Below are positions 47,672 to 59,262 of a DNA stretch of 64,000 bases, piece after piece. Each line of letters begins with the position of its first letter. Position 1 is the stretch's first letter. The position numbers were made by a program, and so were the translations under genes. This stretch comes from an uncultured Alphaproteobacteria bacterium (GTDB taxonomy: Bacteria > Pseudomonadota > Alphaproteobacteria > MPNO01 > DASWLB01): the NCBI GenBank assembly GCA_963826605.1, contig CAWGXN010000004.1, positions 4,239 through 68,238 of the forward strand. Reading direction: 5' to 3'. The notes beneath the pieces were generated by a model, which saw nothing but the letters and a program-made list of their open reading frames with translations, ran no database searches and had not been told where the DNA came from.

Positions 47672-50644
47672 ATGAATCCCCTGATCGAGCTCGCCCGCCA
47701 CGGGCAGAGCTTCTGGATCGACAATCTGACGCGCGACATGATCGCCTCGGGCGAGCTCGCCCGCTGGATGAGCGAGTGCGGCCTGCGCGGCATCACCTCC
47801 AACCCGAAGATATTCCACGACGCCATCACCGCCGGCGACGCCTACGAGGGCGACATCGCCGCCGCGGTGGCCGAGGGGCTCGACAGCGCCGCCATCTACG
47901 AGCGGCTGGTCACCACCGACGTCCGAAACGCCTGCGACGTGCTGCGCCCGCTCTATGACGAGACGAAGGGCGCCGACGGGTTCGTCAGTCTCGAGGTATC
48001 GCCCCATCTCTCCCATGACGGGCCGGGCTCGATCGCCGAGGCGCATCGGCTGTGGGACGCGGTGGCGCGGCCCAACCTGATGGTCAAGATCCCGGGCACG
48101 CTCGAGGGGCTCGATGCGGTCGAGCAGCTCCTCTATGACGGGATCAACGTCAACATCACGCTGCTGTTCGCCGTCGAGCGCTACCAGGCCGTCGCGCAGC
48201 GCTACATCCAGGCGCTGGAGCGCCGGGTGACCGATCGCAAGCCGGTCGACGGCATCGCCTCGGTGGCGAGCTTCTTCCTGAGCCGCATCGACGTGCTGGT
48301 CGACCAGCTTCTCGCGCACCGGCTGGGGCCGCGCCACGGCTCCGGCGCGCCCGAGCCGCGCATGCTGATGGGGCGCACCGCCATCGCCAATGCGCGCCTC
48401 GCCTATCGCCAGTTCCAGGAGATGTTCCGCGGCGACCGCTGGGACCGGCTGGAGCGCGCCGGCGCCCAGGTGCAGCGCCTGCTGTGGGCCTCGACCTCGA
48501 CCAAGAACCCGTCTTACCGCGACGTGATGTATATCGAGCCGCTGATCGGCCAGCATACGGTCAACACCATGCCGATGGAGACGGCGAGCGCCTTCGCCGA
48601 TCACGGCCAGGTGGCGGCGGACACGATCACGCAGGGACGCGAGGAATCGGTCGGCATCCCGCTCGGGCTGCGCCGGCTCGGCATCGAGCTCGACCAGGTG
48701 ACGGCCCAGCTCGAGAACGAGGGCGTGCAGAAATTCATCGAGCCGTTCGACGACCTGATGGGCTCGATCGACGCCCGCCGCCGGCGCCTCGAAAGCCGGC
48801 GCGACGTGGGGCCGGTCGCCGAGGTGGCGCGCAAGCTGCGCCGCAAGGTGATCGAGATGACCAGCGCGGCCGGCTCGGGCCATCCGACCTCGTGCATGTC
48901 GGCGGCCGACCTGGTGGCGGCTTTGTTCTTCCACGAGATGCGCTGGGACCCGGCCGACCCGGAGGCGCGCAACGTCGACCAGTTCGTGCTGTCCAAGGGC
49001 CATGCCGCGCCGCTGCTGTGGGCGGTGCTGTCGGAGGCCGGCGCGATCGACGAGGACCCGATGACCCTGCGGCGGATCGATTCCACCCTCGAGGGCCATC
49101 CGACGCCGAACAACCCCTGGGTGCGCGTCGCCACCGGCTCGCTCGGCCAGGGGCTCGCCGCCGCCAACGGCATCGCGCTCGCCAACCGGCTCGACGGGAT
49201 CGGCGCGCGCGTGTTCTGCCTGCTCGGCGACGGCGAATGCGCCGAGGGCTCGGTGTGGGAGGCGGCGCAGTTCGCCGCGCTCAACAAGCTGAAGAACCTG
49301 GTCGCCATCGTCGACGTGAACGCGCTGGGCCAGAGCCAGCCGACCCCCTATCGCCACCACACCGAGATCTATGCCGGGCGCTTCGCGGCGTTCGGCTGGA
49401 AGACGTTGACGGTGGACGGCCACGACGTGGCGGCGATCTTCGACGCGCTCGCGACCGCGGCGAGGAACGACGCGCCGACGGCCATCGTCGCCCGCACCGA
49501 GAAGGGGCGCGGCGTGTCGTTCCTCGAGGGGCGCGACGGCTGGCACGGCAAGGCGCTGGACGAGAAGGAGGCGCGGATGGCGCTCGAGGAGCTGGGCGGC
49601 GCCGGCGCCAGGACGCCCGCGATCGAGCCGCGCCGCGTCGGCAACTACGCCCGCCCGCAGCGCCCGGCCGCGGCCGACATCGTGCCCGACTACAAGATCG
49701 GCGACGCGGTGGCGACGCGCGACGGCTATGGCGCGGCGCTCGACAAGATGGGGCCGGCCATGCCCGACCTGGTCGTGCTCGACGGCGACGTGAAGAACTC
49801 GACGCGGACGGCGGCCTTCGCCGCGCGCTGCGCCGAGCGCTTCTTCGAATGCTACATCGCCGAGCAGAACATGGTCGGCACGGCGCTCGGCCTCGCCGCC
49901 TCGGGCAAGATCCCCTACGCCGCGACCTTCGCCTGCTTCCTGTCGCGCGCCGCCGATTTCGTGCGCATGGCGGGCCACAGCCGGGTGCCCCATCTGGTGC
50001 TGTGCGGCAGCCACGCCGGCGTGTCGATCGGCGAGGACGGGCCGTCGCAGATGGGTCTCGAGGACATGGCGATCTTCCGTGCCGTGCTGGGCTCGACGGT
50101 GCTCTACCCGTGCGACGCGGTCTCGGCCGAGCGGCTCACCGCCTGCGCGGCGCTGGCCGACGGCATCGTCTATATCCGCACGACGCGGCCCGAGACGCCG
50201 GTGATCTACCCCAACGAGGAGCGGTTCGAGGTGGGCGGCTCCAAGACCCTGCGACGCTCGGACAAGGACCGGTTCACCGTGGTCGCGGCCGGCATCACCG
50301 TGCACGAGGCGCTGGCCGCCCATGACGCGCTGCACGCCGACGGGCTCGACGTCCGGGTGATCGACGCCTATTCGGTGAAGCCGCTCGACGTGGCGACGCT
50401 GGAACAGGCCGGGCGCGAGACAGGCGGGCTGCTGGTGGTCGAGGACCATTTCGCCGAGGGCGGGCTGGGCGAGGCCGTGGCGGCGGCCGTCGACGGCGGC
50501 GTGCCGGTCCATCGCCTCGCCGTCACCGCGCCGCCGCGCTCGGGGCCGGGGCCGGAGCTGATGGACCGGCTCGGCATCTCGCGCACGGCGATCGCCCGGA
50601 AGCTGCGCGAACTCGCCGGCACGATGGGGGTACAGAAGGGCTGA
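47672..50644 (+). CDS. Transaldolase fused to transketolase (N-terminal TPP half plus C-terminal pyrimidine/C-domain half) in one 990-aa ORF
   Basis: Transaldolase part: WIDNLTRD..GITSNP..LMVKIPGT..ASFFLSRID. Transketolase N half: AGSGHPTSCMSAADL..LSKGHAAP..GSLGQGL..LGDGECAEG. Transketolase C half: YIAEQNMVG..EDGPSQMGLEDMA. The frame is uninterrupted. Confidence 0.85.
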   Translation: MNPLIELARHGQSFWIDNLTRDMIASGELARWMSECGLRGITSNPKIFHDAITAGDAYEGDIAAAVAEGLDSAAIYERLVTTDVRNACDVLRPLYDETKGADGFVSLEVSPHLSHDGPGSIAEAHRLWDAVARPNLMVKIPGTLEGLDAVEQLLYDGINVNITLLFAVERYQAVAQRYIQALERRVTDRKPVDGIASVASFFLSRIDVLVDQLLAHRLGPRHGSGAPEPRMLMGRTAIANARLAYRQFQEMFRGDRWDRLERAGAQVQRLLWASTSTKNPSYRDVMYIEPLIGQHTVNTMPMETASAFADHGQVAADTITQGREESVGIPLGLRRLGIELDQVTAQLENEGVQKFIEPFDDLMGSIDARRRRLESRRDVGPVAEVARKLRRKVIEMTSAAGSGHPTSCMSAADLVAALFFHEMRWDPADPEARNVDQFVLSKGHAAPLLWAVLSEAGAIDEDPMTLRRIDSTLEGHPTPNNPWVRVATGSLGQGLAAANGIALANRLDGIGARVFCLLGDGECAEGSVWEAAQFAALNKLKNLVAIVDVNALGQSQPTPYRHHTEIYAGRFAAFGWKTLTVDGHDVAAIFDALATAARNDAPTAIVARTEKGRGVSFLEGRDGWHGKALDEKEARMALEELGGAGARTPAIEPRRVGNYARPQRPAAADIVPDYKIGDAVATRDGYGAALDKMGPAMPDLVVLDGDVKNSTRTAAFAARCAERFFECYIAEQNMVGTALGLAASGKIPYAATFACFLSRAADFVRMAGHSRVPHLVLCGSHAGVSIGEDGPSQMGLEDMAIFRAVLGSTVLYPCDAVSAERLTACAALADGIVYIRTTRPETPVIYPNEERFEVGGSKTLRRSDKDRFTVVAAGITVHEALAAHDALHADGLDVRVIDAYSVKPLDVATLEQAGRETGGLLVVEDHFAEGGLGEAVAAAVDGGVPVHRLAVTAPPRSGPGPELMDRLGISRTAIARKLRELAGTMGVQKG

Positions 50645-50648
50645 ACGC

Positions 50649-50670
50649 CCCGGTTTCGCTGGAAACCGGG
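50649..50670. terminator. 9-bp hairpin immediately after the tal-tkt stop
   Basis: cccggtttc-gctg-gaaaccggg, with no T-tract. Confidence 0.4.
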
Positions 50671-50726
50671 CCGCAAACGGCCTATAAACCGTGCCCTTCG
50701 TTCAAAACCGACCGAATGGGCGCGAC

Positions 50727-52121
50727 ATGGCGGCCAATAAGTGGCGGCCGGACTCCTGGCGCGAGAAGCCGGTCCGGCAGATACCCGATTTCCCCGATAC
50801 GGCGGCACTGGCCGCCGCGGAGAAGACCCTGCGCGGCTTCCCGCCCTTGGTCTTCGCGGGCGAGGCGCGGGCTTTGACCGCCCACCTCGCCGATGTGGCG
50901 GCGGGCCGCGCTTTCCTGCTGCAGGGCGGCGACTGCGCGGAAAGCTTCGCCGAGTTCCACCCCGACAACATCCGCGACATGTTCCGCGTCATGCTGCAGA
51001 TGGCGGTGGTGCTGACCTTCGGCGCCGCCTGCCCGGTGGTGAAGGTGGGCCGCATGGCCGGCCAGTTCGCCAAGCCTCGCTCGGCCGACACCGAGACGAT
51101 CGACGGGGTGACGCTCGACAGCTATCGCGGCGACATGGTGAACGGGATGGAGTTCACCGCCGCGGCGCGCAGGCCCGATCCCCAGCGCATGATCCAGGGC
51201 TTCAACCAGTCGGCGGCCACGCTCAACCTGCTGCGCGCCTTTGCCCAAGGCGGGTACGCCGATTTGCACCAGGTGCATCGCTGGACCCTGTCGTTCCTGG
51301 AATCCAGCCCGCAGGCCGACCGCTATCGCGACCTGGCCGACCGGCTCGACGAGACGCTGGCCTTCATGGCGGCGTGCGGGCTGACGTCGGAAACCACGCC
51401 GCAGATCCGCGAGACCGATTTCTACACCTCGCACGAGGCGCTGCTGCTCGGCTACGAACAGGCGATGACCCGCGTCGATTCCACCACCGGCGACTGGTAC
51501 GACACCTCGGCGCACATGCTGTGGGTCGGCGACCGGACGCGCCAGCCGGACGGCGGCCATATCGAGTTCCTGCGCGGCATCAAGAACCCGGTGGGCATGA
51601 AGGCGGGCCCGACCATGCCCCTCGATGACTTCCTGCGCCTGATGGACGTGCTGAACCCGGAGAACCAGCCGGGCCGGCTCACGGTCATCTGCCGCATGGG
51701 CCACGAGAAGGTGGCGGAAAAGCTGCCGCCGCTGATCCGCGCGGTCCAGCGCGAGGGGCGCCAGGTGGTGTGGTCGTGCGACCCGATGCACGGCAACACG
51801 ATCAAGTCGACCAGCGGCTACAAGACCCGGCCGTTCGACCGCATCCTCGCCGAGGTCGAGGCGTTCTTCGCCGTCCACCGCGGCGAGGGAACCCATGCCG
51901 GCGGCATCCATCTGGAGCTTACCGGCCAGAACGTGACCGAGTGCACCGGCGGCGCCCAGGCGATCACCGACACCGCGCTGTCGGACCGCTACCACACCCA
52001 TTGCGACCCGCGGCTCAACGCCAGCCAGGCGCTGGAGCTCGCCTTCCTGCTCGCCGGATACCTCAAGCGCGAGCGTCAGGCGCAGTCCGGGGCCGCCAAG
52101 GTCGCGGCGGCGGCGGGCTGA
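50727..52121 (+). CDS. Class II 3-deoxy-7-phosphoheptulonate (DAHP) synthase
   Basis: Reads [12 protein letters not shown]...[12 protein letters not shown]...[10 protein letters not shown]. 464 aa. Confidence 0.9.
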   Translation: MAANKWRPDSWREKPVRQIPDFPDTAALAAAEKTLRGFPPLVFAGEARALTAHLADVAAGRAFLLQGGDCAESFAEFHPDNIRDMFRVMLQMAVVLTFGAACPVVKVGRMAGQFAKPRSADTETIDGVTLDSYRGDMVNGMEFTAAARRPDPQRMIQGFNQSAATLNLLRAFAQGGYADLHQVHRWTLSFLESSPQADRYRDLADRLDETLAFMAACGLTSETTPQIRETDFYTSHEALLLGYEQAMTRVDSTTGDWYDTSAHMLWVGDRTRQPDGGHIEFLRGIKNPVGMKAGPTMPLDDFLRLMDVLNPENQPGRLTVICRMGHEKVAEKLPPLIRAVQREGRQVVWSCDPMHGNTIKSTSGYKTRPFDRILAEVEAFFAVHRGEGTHAGGIHLELTGQNVTECTGGAQAITDTALSDRYHTHCDPRLNASQALELAFLLAGYLKRERQAQSGAAKVAAAAG

Positions 52122-52272
52122 AGTATCAAAGGAGATTGTCACCCCGGACGGCGCGCGCAGCGGGCCGATCCGGGGCCCCTCTCGCCGGGTCCGAGCCGGC
52201 TTCGAGATGGGTCCCGGCTCTCGCCGCCTCGGGCGGCTCGGCCGGGAAGACAGTTCTTATGGCGATTCATCG

Positions 52273-53937
52273 ATGACCGATTCCCTCACCATCGCGCTGG
52301 CGCAGCTCAACCCCACCCTGGGGGACATGGAGGGCAATGCCGACAAGCTGCGCGCGGCGCGCGCCGATGCGGCGCGCCAGGGCGCCGACCTGGTGGTCGC
52401 GACCGAGCTGGTCGTCACTGGCTATCCGCCGGAGGACCTGATCCTGCGGCCGTCCTTCCTCGACGCCGCCGACGAGGCGGTGCGGGACCTCGCCGCCGAG
52501 ACCGCCGATGGCGGGCCTGCCTGCCTGATCGGCGCGCCGTGGCGCCAGGACGGCAAGACCTACAACGCGGCGCTTTTGCTGGATGGCGGCGAAATCGCCG
52601 CCGTGCGGTTGAAATACGATCTGCCCAACTACGGCCCGTTCGACGAGAAGCGCGTCTTCGCGGCCGGCCCGATGCCCGGCCCGATGAACTTCCGCGGCGT
52701 GCGCCTCGGCGCGATGGTGTGCGAGGACATGTGGACGCCCGACGTGTCGGAGTGCCTGGAGGAATCGGGCGCCGAGATGCTGGTGGTCATCAACGGCTCG
52801 CCGTTCGACGTGACCAAGCTCGACGTCCGGCTGAACCTGGCGGTCGGGCGGGTGAGCGAGACGCACCTGCCGCTGATCTACGTGAACCAGGTGGGCGGCC
52901 AGGACGAGCTGGTATTCGACGGCTCGTCCTTCGTTCTCGGCGCCGAATGCGGGCTGTGCGTTCGCGCGCCATCCTGGGCCGAGGCGCTGACGCTGACGCG
53001 CTGGAGGCGCGACGGCGAAGGCTGGACGTGCGAGACGCGCACGCCGCAAAACGCCCCGGCCGAGGGGCTGGGCGCGATCTACGCCGCGATGGTCGTGGGG
53101 TTGCGCGACTATGTCGACAAGAACGGCTTTCCCGGCGTCATCATCGGGCTTTCGGGGGGGATCGATTCGGCGATCACCGCCGCCGCCGCCGCCGACGCGC
53201 TGGGGCCGGCGCGCGTGCGCTGCGTGATGATGCCCTCGCCCTACACCTCGCGCGAAAGCCTCGAGGACGCGGCCGAGGTGGCGCGGCTCCTCGGCGTGCG
53301 GCTCGACACCATCTCCATCGGCCCGGCGATGGAGGCGTTCGGCGCGATGCTCGCGCCCTCGTTCGCCGGGCTCGCCCCCGACATCACCGAGGAGAACGTG
53401 CAGGCGCGCGCCCGGGCGATCCTGCTGATGGCGCTGTCCAACAAGTTCGGCTGGATGGTGCTGTCGACCGGCAACAAGTCGGAGATGTCGGCCGGCTACG
53501 CGACGCTCTATGGCGACATGTGCGGCGGCTATTCGGTGCTGAAGGACGTCTACAAGACGACCGTGTTCGACCTGGCGCGGTGGCGCAACACGGGCCGGCC
53601 GGACGGGTTCAAGGGCCCGGCGGGACCGGTCATGCCGGACCGCGTGATCGCCAAGCCGCCCTCGGCCGAGCTGCGCCCCGACCAGAAGGACGAGGACTCG
53701 CTGCCGCCCTACGCCGTGCTCGACGCGATCCTGGCGCGGCTCACCGAGCGCGACATGGGCATCGCCGAGATCGCCGCCGAGGGCTATGACGAGGCGCTGG
53801 TCGCGCGCGTCTGGCGCATGCTGGAGAACGCCGAGTACAAGCGCCGCCAGGCGCCGCCGGGCGTGAAGATCACGACCCGTTCGTTCGGGCGCGACCGGCG
53901 CTATCCCATCACCAACGCGTTCAAGGGCCCGCGGTGA
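52273..53937 (+). CDS. nadE: Glutamine-dependent NAD+ synthetase
   Basis: The N-terminal nitrilase domain reads IALAQLNP...VCEDMW. The synthetase domain reads GLSGGIDSA...STGNKSE. Confidence 0.9.
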   Translation: MTDSLTIALAQLNPTLGDMEGNADKLRAARADAARQGADLVVATELVVTGYPPEDLILRPSFLDAADEAVRDLAAETADGGPACLIGAPWRQDGKTYNAALLLDGGEIAAVRLKYDLPNYGPFDEKRVFAAGPMPGPMNFRGVRLGAMVCEDMWTPDVSECLEESGAEMLVVINGSPFDVTKLDVRLNLAVGRVSETHLPLIYVNQVGGQDELVFDGSSFVLGAECGLCVRAPSWAEALTLTRWRRDGEGWTCETRTPQNAPAEGLGAIYAAMVVGLRDYVDKNGFPGVIIGLSGGIDSAITAAAAADALGPARVRCVMMPSPYTSRESLEDAAEVARLLGVRLDTISIGPAMEAFGAMLAPSFAGLAPDITEENVQARARAILLMALSNKFGWMVLSTGNKSEMSAGYATLYGDMCGGYSVLKDVYKTTVFDLARWRNTGRPDGFKGPAGPVMPDRVIAKPPSAELRPDQKDEDSLPPYAVLDAILARLTERDMGIAEIAAEGYDEALVARVWRMLENAEYKRRQAPPGVKITTRSFGRDRRYPITNAFKGPR

Positions 53938-55298
53938 GCGGCGCGGCGCCGACGCGGGTGCGCTTCGCGCCGTCGCCCACCGGCCTGCTGCATGTCGGCA
54001 ACGCGCGGGTCGCGCTGGTCAACTGGCTGGCCGCGCGCAAGGCGGGCGGGGCCTTCGTCCTGCGCATCGACGATACCGACGGCGCGCGCTCGCGCCCGGA
54101 GTACGAGACCGCGATCGTCGAGGACCTTCGCTGGCTCGGGCTCGACGGGGACGAAACGCATCGCCAGTCCGACCGGGTCGCGCTCTATGAAACCGCGTTC
54201 GAAAGGCTGCGCGCGGCCGGGCGCATCTATCCCTGCTACGAGACCGAGGACGAGCTGGCGGCGAAGCGCGCCGCGCTGGCACGGCGCGGCCTGCCGCCGA
54301 TCTATGACCGGGCCGCGCTGCATCTGGGCGACGCCGAGCGGGCGCGGCTGGAGGGCGAGGGGCGGGAGCCGCACTGGCGCTTGCGCCTGGTCGCGGGCGC
54401 GACCGAATGGGACGATTTGGTGCGCGGGCCGGTGTCGCTGGATTCGCGCCATCTCTCCGACCCCGTGGTGCGCCGCGCCGATGGCATGTTCCTCTATCTG
54501 TTCGCCTCGGCGGTGGACGACGCCGAGCTCGGCATCACCTGCGTCGCGCGGGGCGAGGACCATGTCGCCAACACCGTGCCGCAGCTCCAGATCGTCGAGG
54601 CGTTGGGCGGCGACGCGGGCGCAATTTCCTTCGCGCACCTGCCCCTGCTCGCCGGGGCGGACGGCAAGCCGCTCTCCAAGCGTGACGGGCCCGACGGGCT
54701 CGCCTCGCTCGCCGCGCTGCGCGATGCGGGGATCGAGCCGATGGCGCTCTGCGCCTATCTCGCTCGCCTCGGCACCGCGCACGCCGTCGAGGATGCGCCC
54801 GGCCTGGACGCCCTCGTCGCCGAGTTCGATTTCGCCGCGTTCGGCCGCGCCCCGCCGCGCTACGACGCGCGCGAGCTGGCGGCCCTTTCGGCCAGGCATC
54901 TGCGCGCTTTGCCCTTCGCCGAAGTGGCGGGGCGGCTCGCGGCGCTCGGCGTCGATGCCGACGAAGCCTTCTGGGAGGCGGTGCGGCCGAACCTGTCGCG
55001 CCTCGCCGATGCGCGCGACTGGTGGCAGGTGGCGCGTGGCACGGTCCGCCCGGTGATCGAGGACAAGGGGCTGACCGACGCGGCGGCGCGGCTCCTGCCG
55101 CCGGCGCCGTGGGACGAGGATGCCTGGCCCGCCTGGACCAAGGCGGTGGCGGCGGAGACCGGCAAGAAGGGGCGCGCGCTCTACCACCCGCTGCGGCTCG
55201 CTCTGACGGGCCGCGACAATGGACCGGAAATGAAGTCTTTGTTACCTCTCATCGGGCGCGAGCGCGCCGCGGCGCGCCTCGCCGGCCGCGAGGGATAG
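53934..55298 (+). CDS. gltX: Glutamate--tRNA ligase
   Basis: Reads [16 protein letters not shown]...PLSKRDG. The GTG start overlaps the nadE stop (GTGA). Confidence 0.9.
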   Translation: MSGAAPTRVRFAPSPTGLLHVGNARVALVNWLAARKAGGAFVLRIDDTDGARSRPEYETAIVEDLRWLGLDGDETHRQSDRVALYETAFERLRAAGRIYPCYETEDELAAKRAALARRGLPPIYDRAALHLGDAERARLEGEGREPHWRLRLVAGATEWDDLVRGPVSLDSRHLSDPVVRRADGMFLYLFASAVDDAELGITCVARGEDHVANTVPQLQIVEALGGDAGAISFAHLPLLAGADGKPLSKRDGPDGLASLAALRDAGIEPMALCAYLARLGTAHAVEDAPGLDALVAEFDFAAFGRAPPRYDARELAALSARHLRALPFAEVAGRLAALGVDADEAFWEAVRPNLSRLADARDWWQVARGTVRPVIEDKGLTDAAARLLPPAPWDEDAWPAWTKAVAAETGKKGRALYHPLRLALTGRDNGPEMKSLLPLIGRERAAARLAGREG

Positions 55299-55301
55299 GA
55301 A

Positions 55302-56609
55302 GTGCCGCTCCGCCTGACCAACACCATGACGCGCGCGAAGGAGGATTTCGTCCCCGCCGATCTGCACAACGTGCGCATGTATGTATGCGGACCCACGGTC
55401 TACGACCTCGCCCATGTGGGCAATGCGCGCCCGGTGGTGGTGTTCGACGTGCTCTACCGGCTGCTGCGCCGCCTTTACGGCGCGGAGCATGTAACCTATG
55501 CCCGCAACATCACCGACATCGACGACAAGATCATCGAGGCCGCGCGCGCGAACGGCGAAACCATCGAGGCGCTGACGGCGCGCACCGAGCGGGCGTTCCA
55601 CGAGGACATGGCGGCGCTCGGCGCGCTGCCGCCCGACATCGAGCCGCGCGCGACCGCGACTATCCCCGCGATGATCGCGCTGATCGAGACGCTGGTCGCG
55701 TCCGGCCACGCCTACCCGGCCGAGGGGCACGTGCTGTTCGAGGTCGCGACCATGCCGACCTATGGCCGGCTTTCGCGCCATTCGCGGGACGAGCTGATCG
55801 CCGGCGCCCGCGTCGAGGTCGCGCCCTACAAGCGCGACGGCGCGGATTTCGTGCTGTGGAAGCCGTCGAGCCCCGACCAGCCGGGCTGGGAAAGCCCGTG
55901 GGGACGCGGCCGGCCGGGCTGGCATCTCGAATGTTCGGCGATGGTGGAAAAGCATCTCGGCCCGCTGCCGATCGACATACACGGCGGCGGCCAGGATTTG
56001 ATCTTCCCGCACCACGAGAACGAGATCGCCCAGTCGGTCTGCGCGCACGAGGCGGCGCACACGCCCTTCGTGCGCACCTGGCTGCATAACGGCCATCTGA
56101 TGGTCGAGGGCGAGAAGATGTCGAAATCGCTCGGCAACTTCTACACGGTGCGCCAGCTTCTCGAGGAAGGCTGGCCCGGCGAGGCGATCCGGCTTGTGCT
56201 GCTCAAGACGCATTACCGCGCGCCGCTCAACTTCTCCCGCGACGCGCTGCGCGAGGCCAAGGCCGAGCTGGACGGGCTGTATCGGGCGCGCCGCGACGGG
56301 CATGGCGGCGACGCGGTGACCGCCGCGCTGGAAGACGACTTGAACACCTCTCTCGCGATCTCCGAGTTGCACGCCGCGCCGAGCCAGGCGGCGGGGGAGC
56401 CGCTCGGCCTTCTGCAGCAGGACCCGGAGGCTTGGTTCAAGGGCGGCGAGGACGGCGCGGCCGAGATCGAAAGCCTGATCGCGCGCCGGGCCGAGGCCCG
56501 CAAATCGCGCGACTTCGCCGCCGCCGACCGGATTCGTGCCGAGCTCGACGCCCGCGGGGTTCTCCTGGAGGACCGTCCCGACGGCACGACCGATTGGAAA
56601 CGCAAGTGA
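55302..56609 (+). CDS. cysS: Cysteine--tRNA ligase
   Basis: Reads [18 protein letters not shown]...GWHLECSAM...KMSKSLGN. Confidence 0.9.
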   Translation: MPLRLTNTMTRAKEDFVPADLHNVRMYVCGPTVYDLAHVGNARPVVVFDVLYRLLRRLYGAEHVTYARNITDIDDKIIEAARANGETIEALTARTERAFHEDMAALGALPPDIEPRATATIPAMIALIETLVASGHAYPAEGHVLFEVATMPTYGRLSRHSRDELIAGARVEVAPYKRDGADFVLWKPSSPDQPGWESPWGRGRPGWHLECSAMVEKHLGPLPIDIHGGGQDLIFPHHENEIAQSVCAHEAAHTPFVRTWLHNGHLMVEGEKMSKSLGNFYTVRQLLEEGWPGEAIRLVLLKTHYRAPLNFSRDALREAKAELDGLYRARRDGHGGDAVTAALEDDLNTSLAISELHAAPSQAAGEPLGLLQQDPEAWFKGGEDGAAEIESLIARRAEARKSRDFAAADRIRAELDARGVLLEDRPDGTTDWKRK

Positions 56610-56649
56610 TGCGGGCTAAAACCTTGCCCATGTGCTGGCCGAGGCGCCT

Positions 56650-56800
56650 TTACCCCTCTCCCTGTCCCTCCCCCTCAAGGGGGGAGGGGACGTTGGTCCG
56701 AAGATCCTTCGCATCGACATGCGACGGAGTTGACAGCCAAGCACGGGCGCTCGTGCGCGCCCCCTCCCCCCTTGAGGGGGAGGGTTGGGGAGGGGGGTCC
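56650..56800. repeat. Two family-1 GC-rich palindromic units in opposite orientation
   Basis: 56652-56690 reads acccctctccctgtccctccccctcaaggggggagggga. 56761-56797 reads cccctccccccttgagggggagggttggggagggggg. Confidence 0.55.
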
Positions 56801-56817
56801 GGTCTGGACGCCCGCAC

Positions 56818-58412
56818 ATGACCGACCGGGTTTACCTTTACGATTCGACCCTGCGCGACGGGGCGCAGACCCAGGGCGTGGATTTCTCGTCGGCCGACAA
56901 GGTGGCGATCGCCCAGGCGCTCGACCGGCTCGGCATCGACTATGTCGAGGGCGGCTGGCCGGGCGCGAACCCGACCGACGACGCGTTCTTCGCCAAGCCG
57001 CCGACGCTCGCCCGCGCCAAGCTTGCCGCGTTCGGAATGACGCGGCGCACCGGCCGATCGGCCGGGAACGACCCCGGCCTCGCGGCGCTGCTGGACACCG
57101 GCGCGCCCTGCGTGTGCCTGGTCGGCAAGACCTGGGATTTCCATGTCGACGTGGCGCTCGGCATCGGGCGCGACGAGAACGTGGCGATGATCCGCGAGTC
57201 CATCGCCCATGTCGTGGCGCGCGGGCGCGAGGCGATGTTCGACGCCGAGCATTTCTTCGACGGCTATCAGGGCGAATCCTGCCTACGCGCTCGAATGCGT
57301 CACCGCGGCGTATGAGGCCGGCGCGCGCTGGGTGGTGCTGTGCGACACCAACGGCGGCACGCTGCCCGACGAGGTCGAGCGCATCGTGGGCGAGGTGGCG
57401 AAATCCGTGCCGGGTGACCATCTCGGCATCCATTGCCACGACGACACCGAGAACGCGGTCGCCAACTCGCTCGCCGCCGTGCGCGCCGGGGCGCGCCAGG
57501 TGCAGGGCACGCTCAACGGGCTGGGCGAGCGCTGCGGCAACGCCAACCTGGTCTCGATCATCCCGTCGCTGATCCTCAAGATGGGCTACGACACGGGGCT
57601 CGATCGCGCCGACCTCGCCCACCTCACCGCCACGTCGCGCATGCTGGACGAGCGGCTGAACCGCCCGCACGCGCGCAACGCCGCCTATGTCGGCGAGTTC
57701 GGCCTTCGCGCACAAGGGCGGGCTGCACGTCTCGGCCATCGAGAAGGACCCGGCCACCTACGAGCACATCCCGCCCGAGGTGGTGGGCAACGCGCGGCAT
57801 ATCGTGGTGTCCGACCAGGCCGGCCGGTCGAACATCCTGGCGCGCTTCCGCGAGATCGGGCTGGAGATCGAGGCGGCCGACCCCAAGGTGCCGCAGCTGC
57901 TCGACCTGGTGAAGACGCGCGAGAACGAGGGCTACACCTATGACGGCGCCGAGGCGAGCTTCGAGCTGCTCGCGCGACGCACGTTCGGCGAGGTGCCGGA
58001 ATATTTCCGCCTGGCGAGCTTCCGCGTGATGGACGAACGGCGCTGGAACGCGCGCGGCGAGCTGATCACGCTGTCGGAGGCCACCATCAAGGTCGACGTC
58101 GGCAACGAGCGCATCATGACCGTCGCCGAGGGGAACGGCCCGGTCAACGCGCTCGACGGCGCGATCCGCAAGGCGCTGGCGCCGGTCTATCCCAGCCTCG
58201 CCGCGCTCCGGCTGGTCGACTACAAGGTGCGCATCCTCACGCCCGAGGCGGGCTCCGGCGCGGTGACGCGAGTGATGATCGAAAGCGCCGACGGCAATGG
58301 CGCGCGCTGGCGCACCGTCGGCGTCTCGGCCAACGTGATCGACGCGTCCTACAACGCGCTCAACGACAGCCTGGTCTACAAGCTGTTCCGCGACCAAGTC
58401 AGCCCGATCTGA
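56818..58412 (+). CDS. cimA: (R)-citramalate synthase / 2-isopropylmalate synthase family (two frame breaks near 57265 and 57688)
   Basis: Reads MTDRVYLYDSTLRDGAQTQGVDFS, then NPAYALECV..LCDTNGG..GIHCHDDTENAVANSL..GLGERCGNANL, then SAFAHKGGLHVSA.. followed by a LeuA-dimer-like C-terminus. Confidence 0.8.
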
Positions 58413-58422
58413 TCGCACGCTC

Positions 58423-59208
58423 ATGGCCGGGACCAACCGCACGCGCAAGGGCGAGCAGGTCGCCGATCCGCTGGCGCCGGTCGTGGTGCTGGTCGACCCG
58501 CAGCTCGGCGAGAATATCGGCGCCTGCGCACGGGCGATGATGAACTTCAACCTTGCCGATCTGCGCCTCGTCCGCCCGCGCGGCGACTGGCCGAACCACA
58601 AGGCGATCAACACGGCCTCGGGCGCCGAATCCATCCTGCATGCGGCGAAGGTGTATTCCACCACCGCCGAGGCGACCGCCGACCTCAGCCGCCTCTACGC
58701 CACCACGGCGCGCTCGCGCGACATGGTGAAGCCGTGCCTGACGCCGCGCGAGCTGGCGGGCGAGCTGCGCGCGGCGGCTGCGGGCGACCGGCGCGCGGGG
58801 CTGCTGTTCGGGCGCGAGCGGTCGGGCCTCGACAACGAGGACGTCGCGATGGCCGACGCCATCGTCACCGTGCCGGCCAACCCGGCGCACGCCTCGCTCA
58901 ACCTCGCCCAGGCGGTGCTGCTGATCGGCTACGAATGGTTCCAGGTCACGGCGGACGCCGACGCGGTGCGGCGCACCCGCAAGGGCGCGAAGCCGGCGAC
59001 GCGGGCGGAGCTCGCCGGGCTGTTCGACCATCTCGAGCGCGAGCTCGACCAGGCCGGGTTCCTGCGCCCGGCGGAGAAGCGCCCGCGCATGGTGCGCAAC
59101 ATCCGCAACATCTTCTCGCGCGCCTCCCTCACCGACCAGGAGGTGCGCACGCTGCGCGGCATCATCGTCAGCCTGACGGTGTTCGCGAAGGGCGGCAAGG
59201 GCGACTGA
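58423..59208 (+). CDS. trmJ: SpoU/TrmJ-type tRNA/rRNA 2'-O-methyltransferase
   Basis: Reads VLVDPQLGENIGACARAMMNFNL..LLFGRERSGLDNED..SLNLAQAVLLIGYEW. Confidence 0.75.
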   Translation: MAGTNRTRKGEQVADPLAPVVVLVDPQLGENIGACARAMMNFNLADLRLVRPRGDWPNHKAINTASGAESILHAAKVYSTTAEATADLSRLYATTARSRDMVKPCLTPRELAGELRAAAAGDRRAGLLFGRERSGLDNEDVAMADAIVTVPANPAHASLNLAQAVLLIGYEWFQVTADADAVRRTRKGAKPATRAELAGLFDHLERELDQAGFLRPAEKRPRMVRNIRNIFSRASLTDQEVRTLRGIIVSLTVFAKGGKGD

Positions 59209-59262
59209 CGCTGCGCGGGGCGTGCGGTCGCGCCGCCGGGCCGGCGCTTTCGGGAGGCGTGT

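Noticed and set aside
47579-50512. A 977-aa minus-strand ORF, and a 613-aa plus-strand alternative frame
   Set aside because: Both are antisense or out-of-frame shadows of the transaldolase-transketolase gene. They have no recognisable motifs and a biased Arg/Gly/Ala composition.
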